64,000 bases of DNA, taken from assembly GCA_964560005.1 (NCBI GenBank), contig CAZLKB010000003.1:40712-104711 (forward strand). The letters are read 5' to 3'. Origin of the DNA: an uncultured Gammaproteobacteria bacterium (GTDB lineage Bacteria; Patescibacteriota; Patescibacteriia; Patescibacteriales; GWC2-42-12). How positions within the stretch are numbered: the first letter of the stretch is position 1; the number at the start of each line of letters is the position of its first letter. Positions 55,773 to 64,000 of the stretch are shown one piece after another. The translations under genes were made by a program, and so were the position numbers. The notes under the pieces were generated by a model. That model was not told the origin of the DNA and did not search any database. It saw only the letters and a list, made by a program, of their open reading frames with translations.

Positions 55773-56963
55773 TTGAAAATTGTTTATAAAAATATGCCTG
55801 TAAATTTACCCAAACAACAAAGTTCAGCGCAATCCGACGAGCGGGCGGCCGGTACAGAAAAAACCGAAACCAAGGCGGCGGGTGAAAATATGATAAGCAG
55901 AATTAATGATTTCTTGGCGAAATTTTCCAATATCCCTATTTCCGAAAAATTATTTTTCGTCCAATATTTGGGAATAATGCTAAAAGCCGGTATTTCTTTA
56001 TCGGCCGCCTTAAAAACCTTGGCGCGACAGACTAAAAACAGAAAATTTGCTAAAATCATAGATAATATTTCAAAAAATGTAGAAAGGGGCGTAAGCTTTA
56101 CTGACAGTTTAAGGCCGTATGAAAAAATCTTCGGACAATTATTTATAAATATGATTGAATCCGGCGAAATTTCCGGCAAACTGGAAGAAGTCTTAAAAAA
56201 ACTATACATCCAATTTAAAAAAAATCATGAATTAGTTTCAAAGGTTAAGGGCGCTTTAACTTATCCGGTTGTCATACTTATAGCCATGTGCGGCATAGGA
56301 ATTTTTATGATGATAGTCGTAGTGCCGAAAATTACCGCCATGTTTCAAGATTTTAACGCCGAGCTGCCCCTGCCAACCAAACTATTAATAAAATTTTCCG
56401 ATAGCTTGGTCTCTCACGGCTTGCTTTATTTAATCGGCGCGGTCGTCTTCGTCTTAATTTTCGTGCAATTGATAAAAACCGCCAAAGGCAAACATATTTT
56501 TCATGCTGTTTTATTAAAATTGCCGATTTTCGGACAAATTATTAAAAAAATAAACTTAGCGCGTTTCGCCAGAACCATCAGCTCTTTATTGAAAACCGAT
56601 ATAATGATCATTAAAAGTTTTCAAATTACCGGGCAGGTTCTGGGTAATATCCAGTATCGCGATGCTTTATTGGACATGAGCAACAAGATAAAAAAGGGTG
56701 GCACCATCAGCGAAATAATTTCCAAATACCCAAAGCTCTTCCCGCCGGTTGTCGTGCAAATGATAGCCGTGGGCGAAGATACCGGCGAGCTTGACTATGT
56801 GCTGGAAGAACTAGCTGAATTTTACGAAGAAGAAATCGACCAAACCATGAATAATTTGCCCGCCATAATCGAGCCGGTGCTGATTTTAACCCTTGGCTTG
56901 GTCGTCGGCGGCATGGCAGTGGCGATTATTATGCCAATGTACTCTTTAACTTCAGCAATTTAA
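55773..56963 (+). CDS. pilC: Type IV pilus inner-membrane platform protein PilC (GspF family)
   Basis: Duplicated GspF domains (LGIMLKAGISLSAAL...; KYPKLFPPVVVQMIAVGEDTGELD) and three TM helices. Confidence 0.85.
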   Translation: MKIVYKNMPVNLPKQQSSAQSDERAAGTEKTETKAAGENMISRINDFLAKFSNIPISEKLFFVQYLGIMLKAGISLSAALKTLARQTKNRKFAKIIDNISKNVERGVSFTDSLRPYEKIFGQLFINMIESGEISGKLEEVLKKLYIQFKKNHELVSKVKGALTYPVVILIAMCGIGIFMMIVVVPKITAMFQDFNAELPLPTKLLIKFSDSLVSHGLLYLIGAVVFVLIFVQLIKTAKGKHIFHAVLLKLPIFGQIIKKINLARFARTISSLLKTDIMIIKSFQITGQVLGNIQYRDALLDMSNKIKKGGTISEIISKYPKLFPPVVVQMIAVGEDTGELDYVLEELAEFYEEEIDQTMNNLPAIIEPVLILTLGLVVGGMAVAIIMPMYSLTSAI

Positions 56964-56973
56964 ATTTAAGCAG

Positions 56974-57426
56974 ATGATAAAATTACGCCAAAATTTCCAA
57001 GGCAGCATGTTAATTGACTTGCTGGTTACGCTTGGCATTGTCGTTCTTTTGTCCACCATCAGCATTCCCTATATTAGAAAATACCAGCCTAATTTAAAAT
57101 TGCATGGAACGGCGCGCAACCTGGCTGCCGATATCAGGTATGCCCAACAGCTGGCGGTAACGCAGCAAAAAGTCCATGTGGTATATTTTGATGAGGCCAA
57201 CGAAAGATATTTAATCCAAAGGCTGGATACGGCTACAACAACGATTAAAACCGTAAACTTTGACTCCGAAATAAGCTACCAGCAAATTACCGGCTTAAAC
57301 GATAATTATGTTTATTATAATTTCTACGGCGGCGTTAGCCAGCCGGGACAAATAATTCTACAAAACATTAATAATATTGTTTCTACTATTAACATAAAAA
57401 CATCCGGCTATGTTGAATTGCCATAA
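56974..57426 (+). CDS. Type IV pilin-like protein (GspH/FimT-like minor pseudopilin)
   Basis: Prepilin-type N-terminus (QGSMLIDLLVTLGIVVLL), then TARNLAADIRYAQQLAVTQQ, typical of the FimT/GspH family. Confidence 0.7.
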   Translation: MIKLRQNFQGSMLIDLLVTLGIVVLLSTISIPYIRKYQPNLKLHGTARNLAADIRYAQQLAVTQQKVHVVYFDEANERYLIQRLDTATTTIKTVNFDSEISYQQITGLNDNYVYYNFYGGVSQPGQIILQNINNIVSTINIKTSGYVELP

Positions 57427-57937
57427 ATTTAATCTAAAGAACGGTTTTACCCCGTTAAATCCAACCGTGTCGGTGCTCGCCCGGCGGAATCCTTTCGGGT
57501 TGCGAAGTAAATTCCACAGGACGAGAAATTTAACGGGGTTCACTTTAATTGAAACCATGGTAGCCTTTTTTATTTTTTCCATGGTTTTTATCAGTTTGGC
57601 CTATGCCTTTCCCCGAGGCTTAATGATTAATAAAACCGCGGAAAATTCCACCAAAGCTTCTTACTTGGCGCAAAGCCAGCTGGAGTACCTTAATTCTTTA
57701 AACTATGACGGCATCGGCACCGGCATTATTGAATCCAAGCATAGATTATCAGCCGACCCGAATAGCTATCTGTATTATTTTCAAAGGCAAACCGAGGTAT
57801 TATATGTTAATGCCGAACTACAAAACACTCATGCCGATACGGGCTTAAAAAAAATAATCGTGACTGTATATTATACTAATTCTTTCGCCAAAACTGAAAA
57901 AACTTACATTACAACAACTTTAATAAACCAATGGTAA
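57410..57937 (+). CDS. Type IV pilin-like protein (PilV-like minor pilin)
   Basis: Class III signal LTG/FTLIETMVAFFIFSMVFI. The leader from the annotated ATG is unusually long (43 aa); an in-frame TTG at about 57498 would give a typical 13-aa basic leader. Confidence 0.6.
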   Translation: MLNCHKFNLKNGFTPLNPTVSVLARRNPFGLRSKFHRTRNLTGFTLIETMVAFFIFSMVFISLAYAFPRGLMINKTAENSTKASYLAQSQLEYLNSLNYDGIGTGIIESKHRLSADPNSYLYYFQRQTEVLYVNAELQNTHADTGLKKIIVTVYYTNSFAKTEKTYITTTLINQW

Positions 57938-58623
57938 TAAAAAACATAAAAGGCGGGATCTCAATTATTAATATCGTTATCATACTCAGCCTGATACTGC
58001 TGGCCTATTTAAGCTACGCGCAATATTTGGATAAAAAAGTTAAACAGGAATTAAGCAGCTCTGATTACCCGCCTAAACCGACGGCGCCGGGAACTAATGA
58101 ATCAACAGCTCCGGCTGATTCACCGATAAATAAACATCCGGCTTCGGATAAAACCGCGGCTAAACCATCGCCGACCACGGAAACCAAGCCGCTTATTCCG
58201 GCGCCAGCTAAAAAAGGCTATTACAAAAATAATACATATTTTTACGAAATCAGCTTTCCCGAAAACTGGCAAATAAAAATCCGCTCTGAAGAAAATGTTT
58301 CCTTGGGCACGATTCCTCCGAAAAACGGCCAAGGCGCCATAACTATTGAAATCGCCGGCGACGAAAGCGAAAACGAAGTTAAACTGGCAAAGGCGGAAGC
58401 CGCTAAATACCCAGGGCTGGTTTCCTTAACCGAAGAATCATATATTTTGGCGGGATTAACCGGCGCGAAAATCACTCTTAATAACTTTACTGCTAAAACA
58501 AAAAATATATATATCCTCTTAATAAAGAACCGGCTGAATTATATTATAAAATACAGCGAAGAATCTCCCGAATTCTCCGATCAAGCCGAGAAAGCTTTAT
58601 CAACATTTAAATTTTTAAAATGA
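57931..58623 (+). CDS. Hypothetical membrane-anchored protein with a Pro/Thr/Ala-rich linker (230 aa)
   Basis: N-terminal TM helix, low-complexity linker and a C-terminal globular region. It sits inside the pilus operon. Confidence 0.4.
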   Translation: MVIKNIKGGISIINIVIILSLILLAYLSYAQYLDKKVKQELSSSDYPPKPTAPGTNESTAPADSPINKHPASDKTAAKPSPTTETKPLIPAPAKKGYYKNNTYFYEISFPENWQIKIRSEENVSLGTIPPKNGQGAITIEIAGDESENEVKLAKAEAAKYPGLVSLTEESYILAGLTGAKITLNNFTAKTKNIYILLIKNRLNYIIKYSEESPEFSDQAEKALSTFKFLK

Positions 58624-59225
58624 AAAAAATCTCAACCGACCGTAAAATCAACCATTGCTCCGGCCGGCCGGCCGGCTTCACCTTAATAGAAGTTATAATT
58701 AGCTTAGCTTTGTTTATAAGTCTGATTTTATTAGTTAACAGCATGTACACGCTGTCCCAGTCCGCTTATAATAATAATTCTGACGCGGCCGAATTAACTC
58801 AAAACGCCAGAGTCGCCCTGGATCGGCTTTCGCGGGAACTTCGCCAATCAGAAATCGTTATTACTTCCCTGCCGCCCACCGATACGGATCCGGCCAACCC
58901 GCCGGTCAACCAAATTTTTTTTCAGGACGGCCATAATACCGGCCTGACAACTTATATTTTTTATCGGCTTAACGGAACAAACCTGGAACGGCAGCAGAAA
59001 GCCTATTATTTTTCCAGCGAACCGTCAACTTATGTTACTTATAACAGCGTGGATCAAGACGGCAATCCGCCGCTGGAATTGATTATCAGCGAATCAACCG
59101 TGGGAGAATATTTTAACGACTTGAAATTCTGGGGAGCTAACGGTCTGATTAACATTTCCATAAGCCTGGCTAAACATAAAAGCGTCTTTAGTCTTGACAC
59201 CAGCATTTATAGCAGAAATCATTGA
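58620..59225 (+). CDS. Type IV pilin-like protein (PilW/GspJ-like minor pilin)
   Basis: Prepilin motif PAGFTLIEVIISLALF and QNARVALDRLSRELRQ. Confidence 0.6.
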   Translation: MKKISTDRKINHCSGRPAGFTLIEVIISLALFISLILLVNSMYTLSQSAYNNNSDAAELTQNARVALDRLSRELRQSEIVITSLPPTDTDPANPPVNQIFFQDGHNTGLTTYIFYRLNGTNLERQQKAYYFSSEPSTYVTYNSVDQDGNPPLELIISESTVGEYFNDLKFWGANGLINISISLAKHKSVFSLDTSIYSRNH

Positions 59226-59334
59226 TAGAACCAAGCACCTTCACCGCGGGTTATTAACCCTGCCGGAAGATAAAAATTCCCTTCATCCAGCACCAAGCCG
59301 GCGCTGGATTCATCAGCCCGGCTAAGACTGAGGA

Positions 59335-60606
59335 GTGTTCTGGAAGGTGCTGGATAAATTTAAGCCTAAGAATATGCCAATTTCCATAATAAAAAACCAC
59401 CGGGGTATAGAATTGATTATGACGATTTTATTCATGACAGTGATTTTATTTCTGGCCGCTTATCTTTTAGACGCTGCTTTAATAGAAAACCGCATCGCCA
59501 TAAGTCAGTCTTGGGGAGCGAAAACTTATTATTTGGCCGAATCCGGCATTCAAGAGATGGTCTGGAAATTGAAGAACGACGCTGTTTACAAGCAAAATTT
59601 TGAAACCAACCCCGCCTGGACCGAGACATTTTCCAGAATCAACCCGTTTGGCGCCAATAGCGGTTCATATACGGTAACTATAACCAACTCAAGCTTGGCG
59701 CACGGCACGATCGTTTCCATCGGTACAATTGATTTAAACAATGGGGCGGCCAGCCAGAGGATTGTTAAAACCGCGGTGTTTCGGGCTATGGGAGAATCGG
59801 GCATAGGCGACAATGGAGCCTACGCCGACGGCAATGTGGAAATTTCTTTAAGCAGCGTTTATTTTCATGATGGCAGCTCACATTCAAATAATAATTACAA
59901 TGTTAAAATTTTAAGCACGGTTAATGTAGACAATAATATAAATGTGGTCAACCAATATATTGAATCTTGGCTGGCGACGGTTAATGTAGGCGGCTCTATT
60001 TTCGCGGCTAATTACGCGCCGGCCGCCGCGCCCATCGCTATGCCGGCGGTTGATTTTGATTCGGCTAATCCGACTTCTTTGATAAACCGGGCGACCGTAT
60101 TTTACAGCCAAAGCCAATTTGACGAGTTAATGCAAAATAATCAAATATTAACTTTAGACGGGCCGATTACCTATGTTGACGGCGATATTGATGTTAGGGG
60201 GGCGCAAACTCTAATCATCAATGGCCTCTTGGTAGCGGGCCGCGATTTTAACTTCGCTTCAAATCTCTGCCGCGGCTCGCGTTGCGGCAATAGCCATCTG
60301 ACGGTCAACCGAACCGCCGGCCAACCGGCCGGCATCTTTGCCAAAAGAAAAATCTATTTTAATTTATGGAGCGGCAACATAGATATAACCGGCGTGGTCT
60401 ATGCCAACGACCAATTTAACCTCTTAAGCCTGCCGCTGGGCTTTACAAATAAAATCACCGGCGGATTAATCGGCCGAAAATTAACCATTACCAGCGTTTG
60501 GCTGCCGATTAATATATATTACGATAATACTATTATCAGCGAAGCAATCGGTTCAAGCAGTTTTTCTCCGGTATTAACGGTTGAGCACTGGGAAGAAGAA
60601 TATTAA
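59335..60606 (+). CDS. PilX/GspK-like minor pilin with a large C-terminal beta-rich extension (423 aa)
   Basis: Hydrophobic N-terminal helix (IELIMTILFMTVILFLAAYLLD) and an AESGIQEM motif. The C-terminal region is Gly/Asn-rich and repetitive. Confidence 0.5.
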   Translation: MFWKVLDKFKPKNMPISIIKNHRGIELIMTILFMTVILFLAAYLLDAALIENRIAISQSWGAKTYYLAESGIQEMVWKLKNDAVYKQNFETNPAWTETFSRINPFGANSGSYTVTITNSSLAHGTIVSIGTIDLNNGAASQRIVKTAVFRAMGESGIGDNGAYADGNVEISLSSVYFHDGSSHSNNNYNVKILSTVNVDNNINVVNQYIESWLATVNVGGSIFAANYAPAAAPIAMPAVDFDSANPTSLINRATVFYSQSQFDELMQNNQILTLDGPITYVDGDIDVRGAQTLIINGLLVAGRDFNFASNLCRGSRCGNSHLTVNRTAGQPAGIFAKRKIYFNLWSGNIDITGVVYANDQFNLLSLPLGFTNKITGGLIGRKLTITSVWLPINIYYDNTIISEAIGSSSFSPVLTVEHWEEEY

Positions 60607-60669
60607 TATTCAGCTTTTTGTGGTATAATAAATATATTGATAAATCATAAAACATCCATCGCCTAAACT

Positions 60670-61848
60670 ATGTTTTTAACTAATAACTCAACTTGGCCTA
60701 TCGGTTTAGATATTTCCGATTTATCATTAAAATTAGTCCAGCTCCACCGGGTCAGGGAAAAAATTAAAATTCAAGCCTTAAGCAAGCTAAGCCTGCCTAA
60801 AGGAGTGATTAACAGTGGCGAAATAAAAAATAAAGTCGAGCTGATAAAAGCCATTAGAAAATTAGTCGCCTCTCCGATATACGGCAAAGTATATTCGGAA
60901 GAAGTGATCGCCTGCCTGCCTGAATCAAAGACTTTTATTAAACTGATTGAAGTTGAGAAGTCGCCTAACACCTTGGCGGATATTATCGGCTGTGAAATTG
61001 AAAAACATGTTCCCTTAGCTGTGTCGGAAATTTACTACGATTGGCAGATAGTTGAAAGCCTCCCTGATAAATATTTTATTTTAATCGGCGCGGCGCCAAA
61101 AAATATTGTTGATCAATATACGGCTATGCTGGAAGAAGCTAAACTATCGCCGGTAGCCCTGGAAATCGAGCCGGTTGCCATCGCCAGATGCCTTTTAAAA
61201 GAAGAGCTGACTGCCGCAAAACCAATATTAAAGGAAAAAATCCTATTAAGCGACGGCTTAAACTACGGCTTAATTGATATTGGCGCCGACCATGCCTGCA
61301 TGATATTTTACTCAAAAAATACCATACTTTTTACCGTCAGCATGCCGATTTCCGGCGAAGAAATCACGGCTAAAATTTCAAAAGCGTTAAATCTGACCAG
61401 GGAGCAAGCTGAAAAAGCTAAAATAATTTGCGGCATGGATGAAGCCAAGGCTAACGGGGTAATTAAAGAAATTTTAGCCGATATGATAAAAAATTTAGTC
61501 GAAAAAATTAAAGAAGCCGTTCAATATTATGATAGTTATTTCAGCCGGCACGGCGCGTTAAGCCGGGTTCTGCTGTCTGGCGGCGGCGCTAACATTATTG
61601 ATTTGGCGGCCATCATCGGCCGGGAAATTCCCATAAAAGTTCAAGTCGCCGATGCCTTAGCTAATATAAGTGAAAGCAAGGATAAATTTAATAACTTTTT
61701 TATGGAGAAACACAGCCTGGACCCTAAAATGGCCAAAATTTTTTCAAAGGATAAAGAAAAAAATTTATCAATTAAACAAAATTCCAGCTCGGCCTATGCT
61801 ACCGCCATTGGGCTGGCCTTAAGGGGAATTATTATTGATGAAATGTAA
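60670..61848 (+). CDS. pilM: Type IV pilus assembly protein PilM (actin-like ATPase fold)
   Basis: IGLDISDLSLKLVQL N-terminus and actin-like fold length. Followed by pilN- and pilO-like genes. Confidence 0.8.
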   Translation: MFLTNNSTWPIGLDISDLSLKLVQLHRVREKIKIQALSKLSLPKGVINSGEIKNKVELIKAIRKLVASPIYGKVYSEEVIACLPESKTFIKLIEVEKSPNTLADIIGCEIEKHVPLAVSEIYYDWQIVESLPDKYFILIGAAPKNIVDQYTAMLEEAKLSPVALEIEPVAIARCLLKEELTAAKPILKEKILLSDGLNYGLIDIGADHACMIFYSKNTILFTVSMPISGEEITAKISKALNLTREQAEKAKIICGMDEAKANGVIKEILADMIKNLVEKIKEAVQYYDSYFSRHGALSRVLLSGGGANIIDLAAIIGREIPIKVQVADALANISESKDKFNNFFMEKHSLDPKMAKIFSKDKEKNLSIKQNSSSAYATAIGLALRGIIIDEM

Positions 61849-62422
61849 AATTAAGCTAATATTAGCGATTAATAATCTAGTCCACTATATGATTACCTTA
61901 AACCTAGTTTCGTCGGTGCAAAAAAAGGAAACCAAGCTTCGGCATATCTATGGTATAATAAAAACTTTTAACTTCATCTTAATTACCATTACTATTATTA
62001 TCGCCATTATTCTTTTAACCGCTAAAATAATACTCCAAGAAAAATTCAATGAAGTCGTCGCCCAAACGACCTTGGTCACGAAAACCAACCAGGGTTATAA
62101 TAATAATGTCCGCGAGATAAACAATAAATTGAATTTTATTAATAAAATTCAGGATGAATATATCCCCTGGTCCGGCCTTATAACCGGCTTGGCCGAGATG
62201 ACGCCGGCCGACATCAGCTTTAATTATATGAAAATTGACTCTTCCGACCGAACTATAAAAATCAGAGGCCGGGCTAAATTTAGAAGCAGCTTGCTGGATT
62301 TTAAAAATAAAATGACATCCGGAAATTACTTTAAAGATGTTGAATTTCCGATTAAGAACATTCTGGAAAAAGAAAATATTGATTTTGAAATTAACGCCAA
62401 GTTGAATTTGTCCGGTTTATAA
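61835..62422 (+). CDS. pilN: PilN-like bitopic membrane protein
   Basis: Single TM (ILITITIIIAIILL) followed by a periplasmic coiled-coil and beta domain. Gene order pilM-N-O. Confidence 0.55.
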   Translation: MMKCKIKLILAINNLVHYMITLNLVSSVQKKETKLRHIYGIIKTFNFILITITIIIAIILLTAKIILQEKFNEVVAQTTLVTKTNQGYNNNVREINNKLNFINKIQDEYIPWSGLITGLAEMTPADISFNYMKIDSSDRTIKIRGRAKFRSSLLDFKNKMTSGNYFKDVEFPIKNILEKENIDFEINAKLNLSGL

Positions 62423-62436
62423 AAGCCTAATATTCT

Positions 62437-63030
62437 ATGATGCTGGATAAACTGCAAAAACTTAACTTAAAAAATAAGATCATCGCCAGCCTGTCCGGCT
62501 TTATCTTAATATTTTTTTGTTTAATTTATTTCATCGTAATCCCGACTATAAAAGATATCCGAGCCATGGATAATGACATTGAGGAGCAAAGAATCGACCT
62601 GGAAAAAAAATACATTAAAGGCTATAGTTTAAAACAGCTGACGGAAAATCTAAAAAAAATTCAGCCTAAGTTAAGCCAATTAGATCAAATTTTTATCAAT
62701 AAAAATGATGAACTGAAGTTTATTACTACCCTGGAAAATGAGGCTGACCAAGCCGGGGTAATCCAAAAAATAAATCTAAATCCGCCTCAAGCCGCGGACA
62801 GCCAAAAATTTCAAAAAAATAACCTGCAGCTGAGCACTAAAGGAGGATTTCATCAACAGCTCAAATATCTCCAAAATTTGGAATCCTTGAGCTATTATAT
62901 TAATGTGTATTCAATAGAATTCATATCCGCTAATAAGCCCGAAGCGGCGGCTGCCGGCCAGGCGCCTCTATCCTCGCCAAATGAAACTAGCGTCAATATG
63001 CTTATTAGCGCCGATACTTACTGGGAATAA
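62437..63030 (+). CDS. pilO: PilO-like bitopic membrane protein
   Basis: TM helix (IIASLSGFILIFFCLIYFIVIP) and a coiled-coil region. Confidence 0.5.
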   Translation: MMLDKLQKLNLKNKIIASLSGFILIFFCLIYFIVIPTIKDIRAMDNDIEEQRIDLEKKYIKGYSLKQLTENLKKIQPKLSQLDQIFINKNDELKFITTLENEADQAGVIQKINLNPPQAADSQKFQKNNLQLSTKGGFHQQLKYLQNLESLSYYINVYSIEFISANKPEAAAAGQAPLSSPNETSVNMLISADTYWE

Positions 63031-63031
63031 T

Positions 63032-63310
63032 ATGATAACAAAAAAACAAATAAAGCTAACGCCAAAAAAAATCTCTTACTGGATAACGATTATTATCACC
63101 ATCTTGACTTTAGCCGCGCTTATTTTAGTTTCCGGTTTTTTATATAACAACTTCTACCAAGCCATTACCGAGACAAAGGAAATAATAATACTTAAAGAGA
63201 AGGTCGCGCTGGATACGATAGATATGAAAAAATTTAATTCAATAATTGATAAATTGGCGGAAAAAACCACTCCTAAAAAATTAAATAATGCCAATAATCC
63301 TTTTAATTAG
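63032..63310 (+). CDS. Small bitopic membrane protein (92 aa), PilP-position hypothetical
   Basis: Start taken at MITKKQIK; single TM (WITIIITILTLAALILVSGFL). Confidence 0.4.
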   Translation: MITKKQIKLTPKKISYWITIIITILTLAALILVSGFLYNNFYQAITETKEIIILKEKVALDTIDMKKFNSIIDKLAEKTTPKKLNNANNPFN

Positions 63311-63353
63311 AAAAGTCTTCCTCGGTAAAATTTTTTACTGCTAAAATCGAATA

Positions 63354-63398
63354 AAACAAACGGCTTTCGCATATATTCTGCAAAAGCCGTTTGTTTTT
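63354..63398. terminator. Bidirectional rho-independent terminator between the pilus operon and the cysteine desulfurase gene
   Basis: aaacaaacggcttt-cgcatatattctgcaa-aagccgtttgttttt. Confidence 0.7.
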
Positions 63399-63415
63399 AA
63401 ACAATATATAAAAAA

Positions 63416-64000
63416 TTATAATTGCGGCGCCATTTGCCTTAATCTGGCTATAATCGGCGGCAATATCTTTAATATCTTCTTTATTTCCGCCTCGGTATTA
63501 TGCTTGCCTATGGTGAACCTTATCGTACTATGAGAAATCTCTTCTTTTATACCCATAGCCAATAATACCGGCGAAGCTTTCAGGCTTTGAGAGGCGCAAG
63601 CCGAACCGGTAGACACGGCTACGCCTTCCATGTCCAGGGCGATTAAAATAGATTCTCCTTCAGCTCCGACGAACGAGATATTGGCATGAGACGGAGTTGA
63701 ATGTTTAATGTCGGTGTTGATAACAATATTATCAATCTGATTTTTTAGGCCGGCGATAAATTTATCTCTTAATTTTAAGATTTTTTTATTATTTTTCTTT
63801 TGATCTTTCAAACATATTCTCATGGCTTCGCCGAGGCCGACTATGCCGGGAACATTTAAAGTGCCGCTTCTTAGATTTCTTTCATGGTGCCCGCCCAGCT
63901 GCGCCCCCCGGATAGGCGTACCGGATCTTACGAATAAAGCGCCGATACCCTTCGGACCATAAATTTTATGGCCGGAAAGCGATAGTAAATCAACATGAAG
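63416..64000 (-). CDS. Cysteine desulfurase (IscS/NifS/SufS class V aminotransferase), C-terminal part; the gene continues beyond the window end
   Basis: Active-site STGSACAS motif and the upstream PLP region (LSLSGHKIYGPKGIGALFV) translate continuously on the minus strand up to position 64000. The ORF-track Met at 63823 is internal. Confidence 0.8.
   Translation of the reverse strand, partial: LHVDLLSLSGHKIYGPKGIGALFVRSGTPIRGAQLGGHHERNLRSGTLNVPGIVGLGEAMRICLKDQKKNNKKILKLRDKFIAGLKNQIDNIVINTDIKHSTPSHANISFVGAEGESILIALDMEGVAVSTGSACASQSLKASPVLLAMGIKEEISHSTIRFTIGKHNTEAEIKKILKILPPIIARLRQMAPQL

Overview
This window looks like an AT-rich (roughly 38-40% GC by eye), gene-dense bacterial chromosome with short intergenic spacers and many small genes. 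The style is consistent with a streamlined Patescibacteria/CPR-like genome, which I cannot verify without a database search. No rRNA, CRISPR array, transposase or integrase is visible.

Recognisable content, in order:
- The left half of a split dcw cluster on the minus strand (ftsI partial, ftsL-like, rsmH, mraZ).
- A tsaB-like gene.
- tRNA-Thr(TGT), a degenerate partial copy of tRNA-Lys, and tRNA-Lys(TTT).
- dnaB, ybaB and recR.
- rplU, a WecA/MraY-family transferase, and a membrane-anchored ClpC-like AAA+ ATPase.
- secE, nusG, rplK and rplA.
- An island of small basic ORFs with visibly higher GC.
- An ECF sigma factor next to a MacAB-like ABC efflux system with a long-coiled-coil adaptor.
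- A stomatin (SPFH) gene.
- A dTTP-synthesis module (dCMP deaminase, dcd-like, thyA, folA, NUDIX, P-loop kinase, tmk).
- gatB, a hypothetical gene, miaA and miaB.
- A heat-shock locus (hrcA with a perfect CIRCE, a Nudix-GrpE fusion, hsp20, dnaK, dnaJ) in which dnaK and dnaJ are separated by an HD-hydrolase/methyltransferase cassette flanked by a 44-bp direct repeat.
- mrdA and mreD.
- The right half of the dcw cluster (murC, then mtnP and apt, then murG, ftsW, mraY).
- A type IV pilus/competence-pilus locus (pilB, pilC, four pilin-like genes, pilM, pilN, pilO).
- The C-terminal end of a cysteine desulfurase.

The most unusual signals are four families of short repeated elements:
- Family A: AT-rich palindromic 'aaaatgtaaaat / gacaatg' elements of about 110 bp in at least seven intergenic spacers.
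- Family B: a promoter-proximal 'TTTGTAGTATTCG' motif family.
- Family C: (GAAAATT)n heptamer arrays, which also occur in frame inside miaB and murG, where they encode NFQFSIFNFQF-type linkers.
- Family D: GC-rich hairpin elements, which also occur in frame inside murG and murC.

The DnaK/DnaJ insertion cassette, the Nudix-GrpE fusion and the membrane-anchored Clp ATPase with a degenerate first ATPase domain are also worth a second look. All assignments rest on reading the translated ORFs and the sequence directly; no searches were run.
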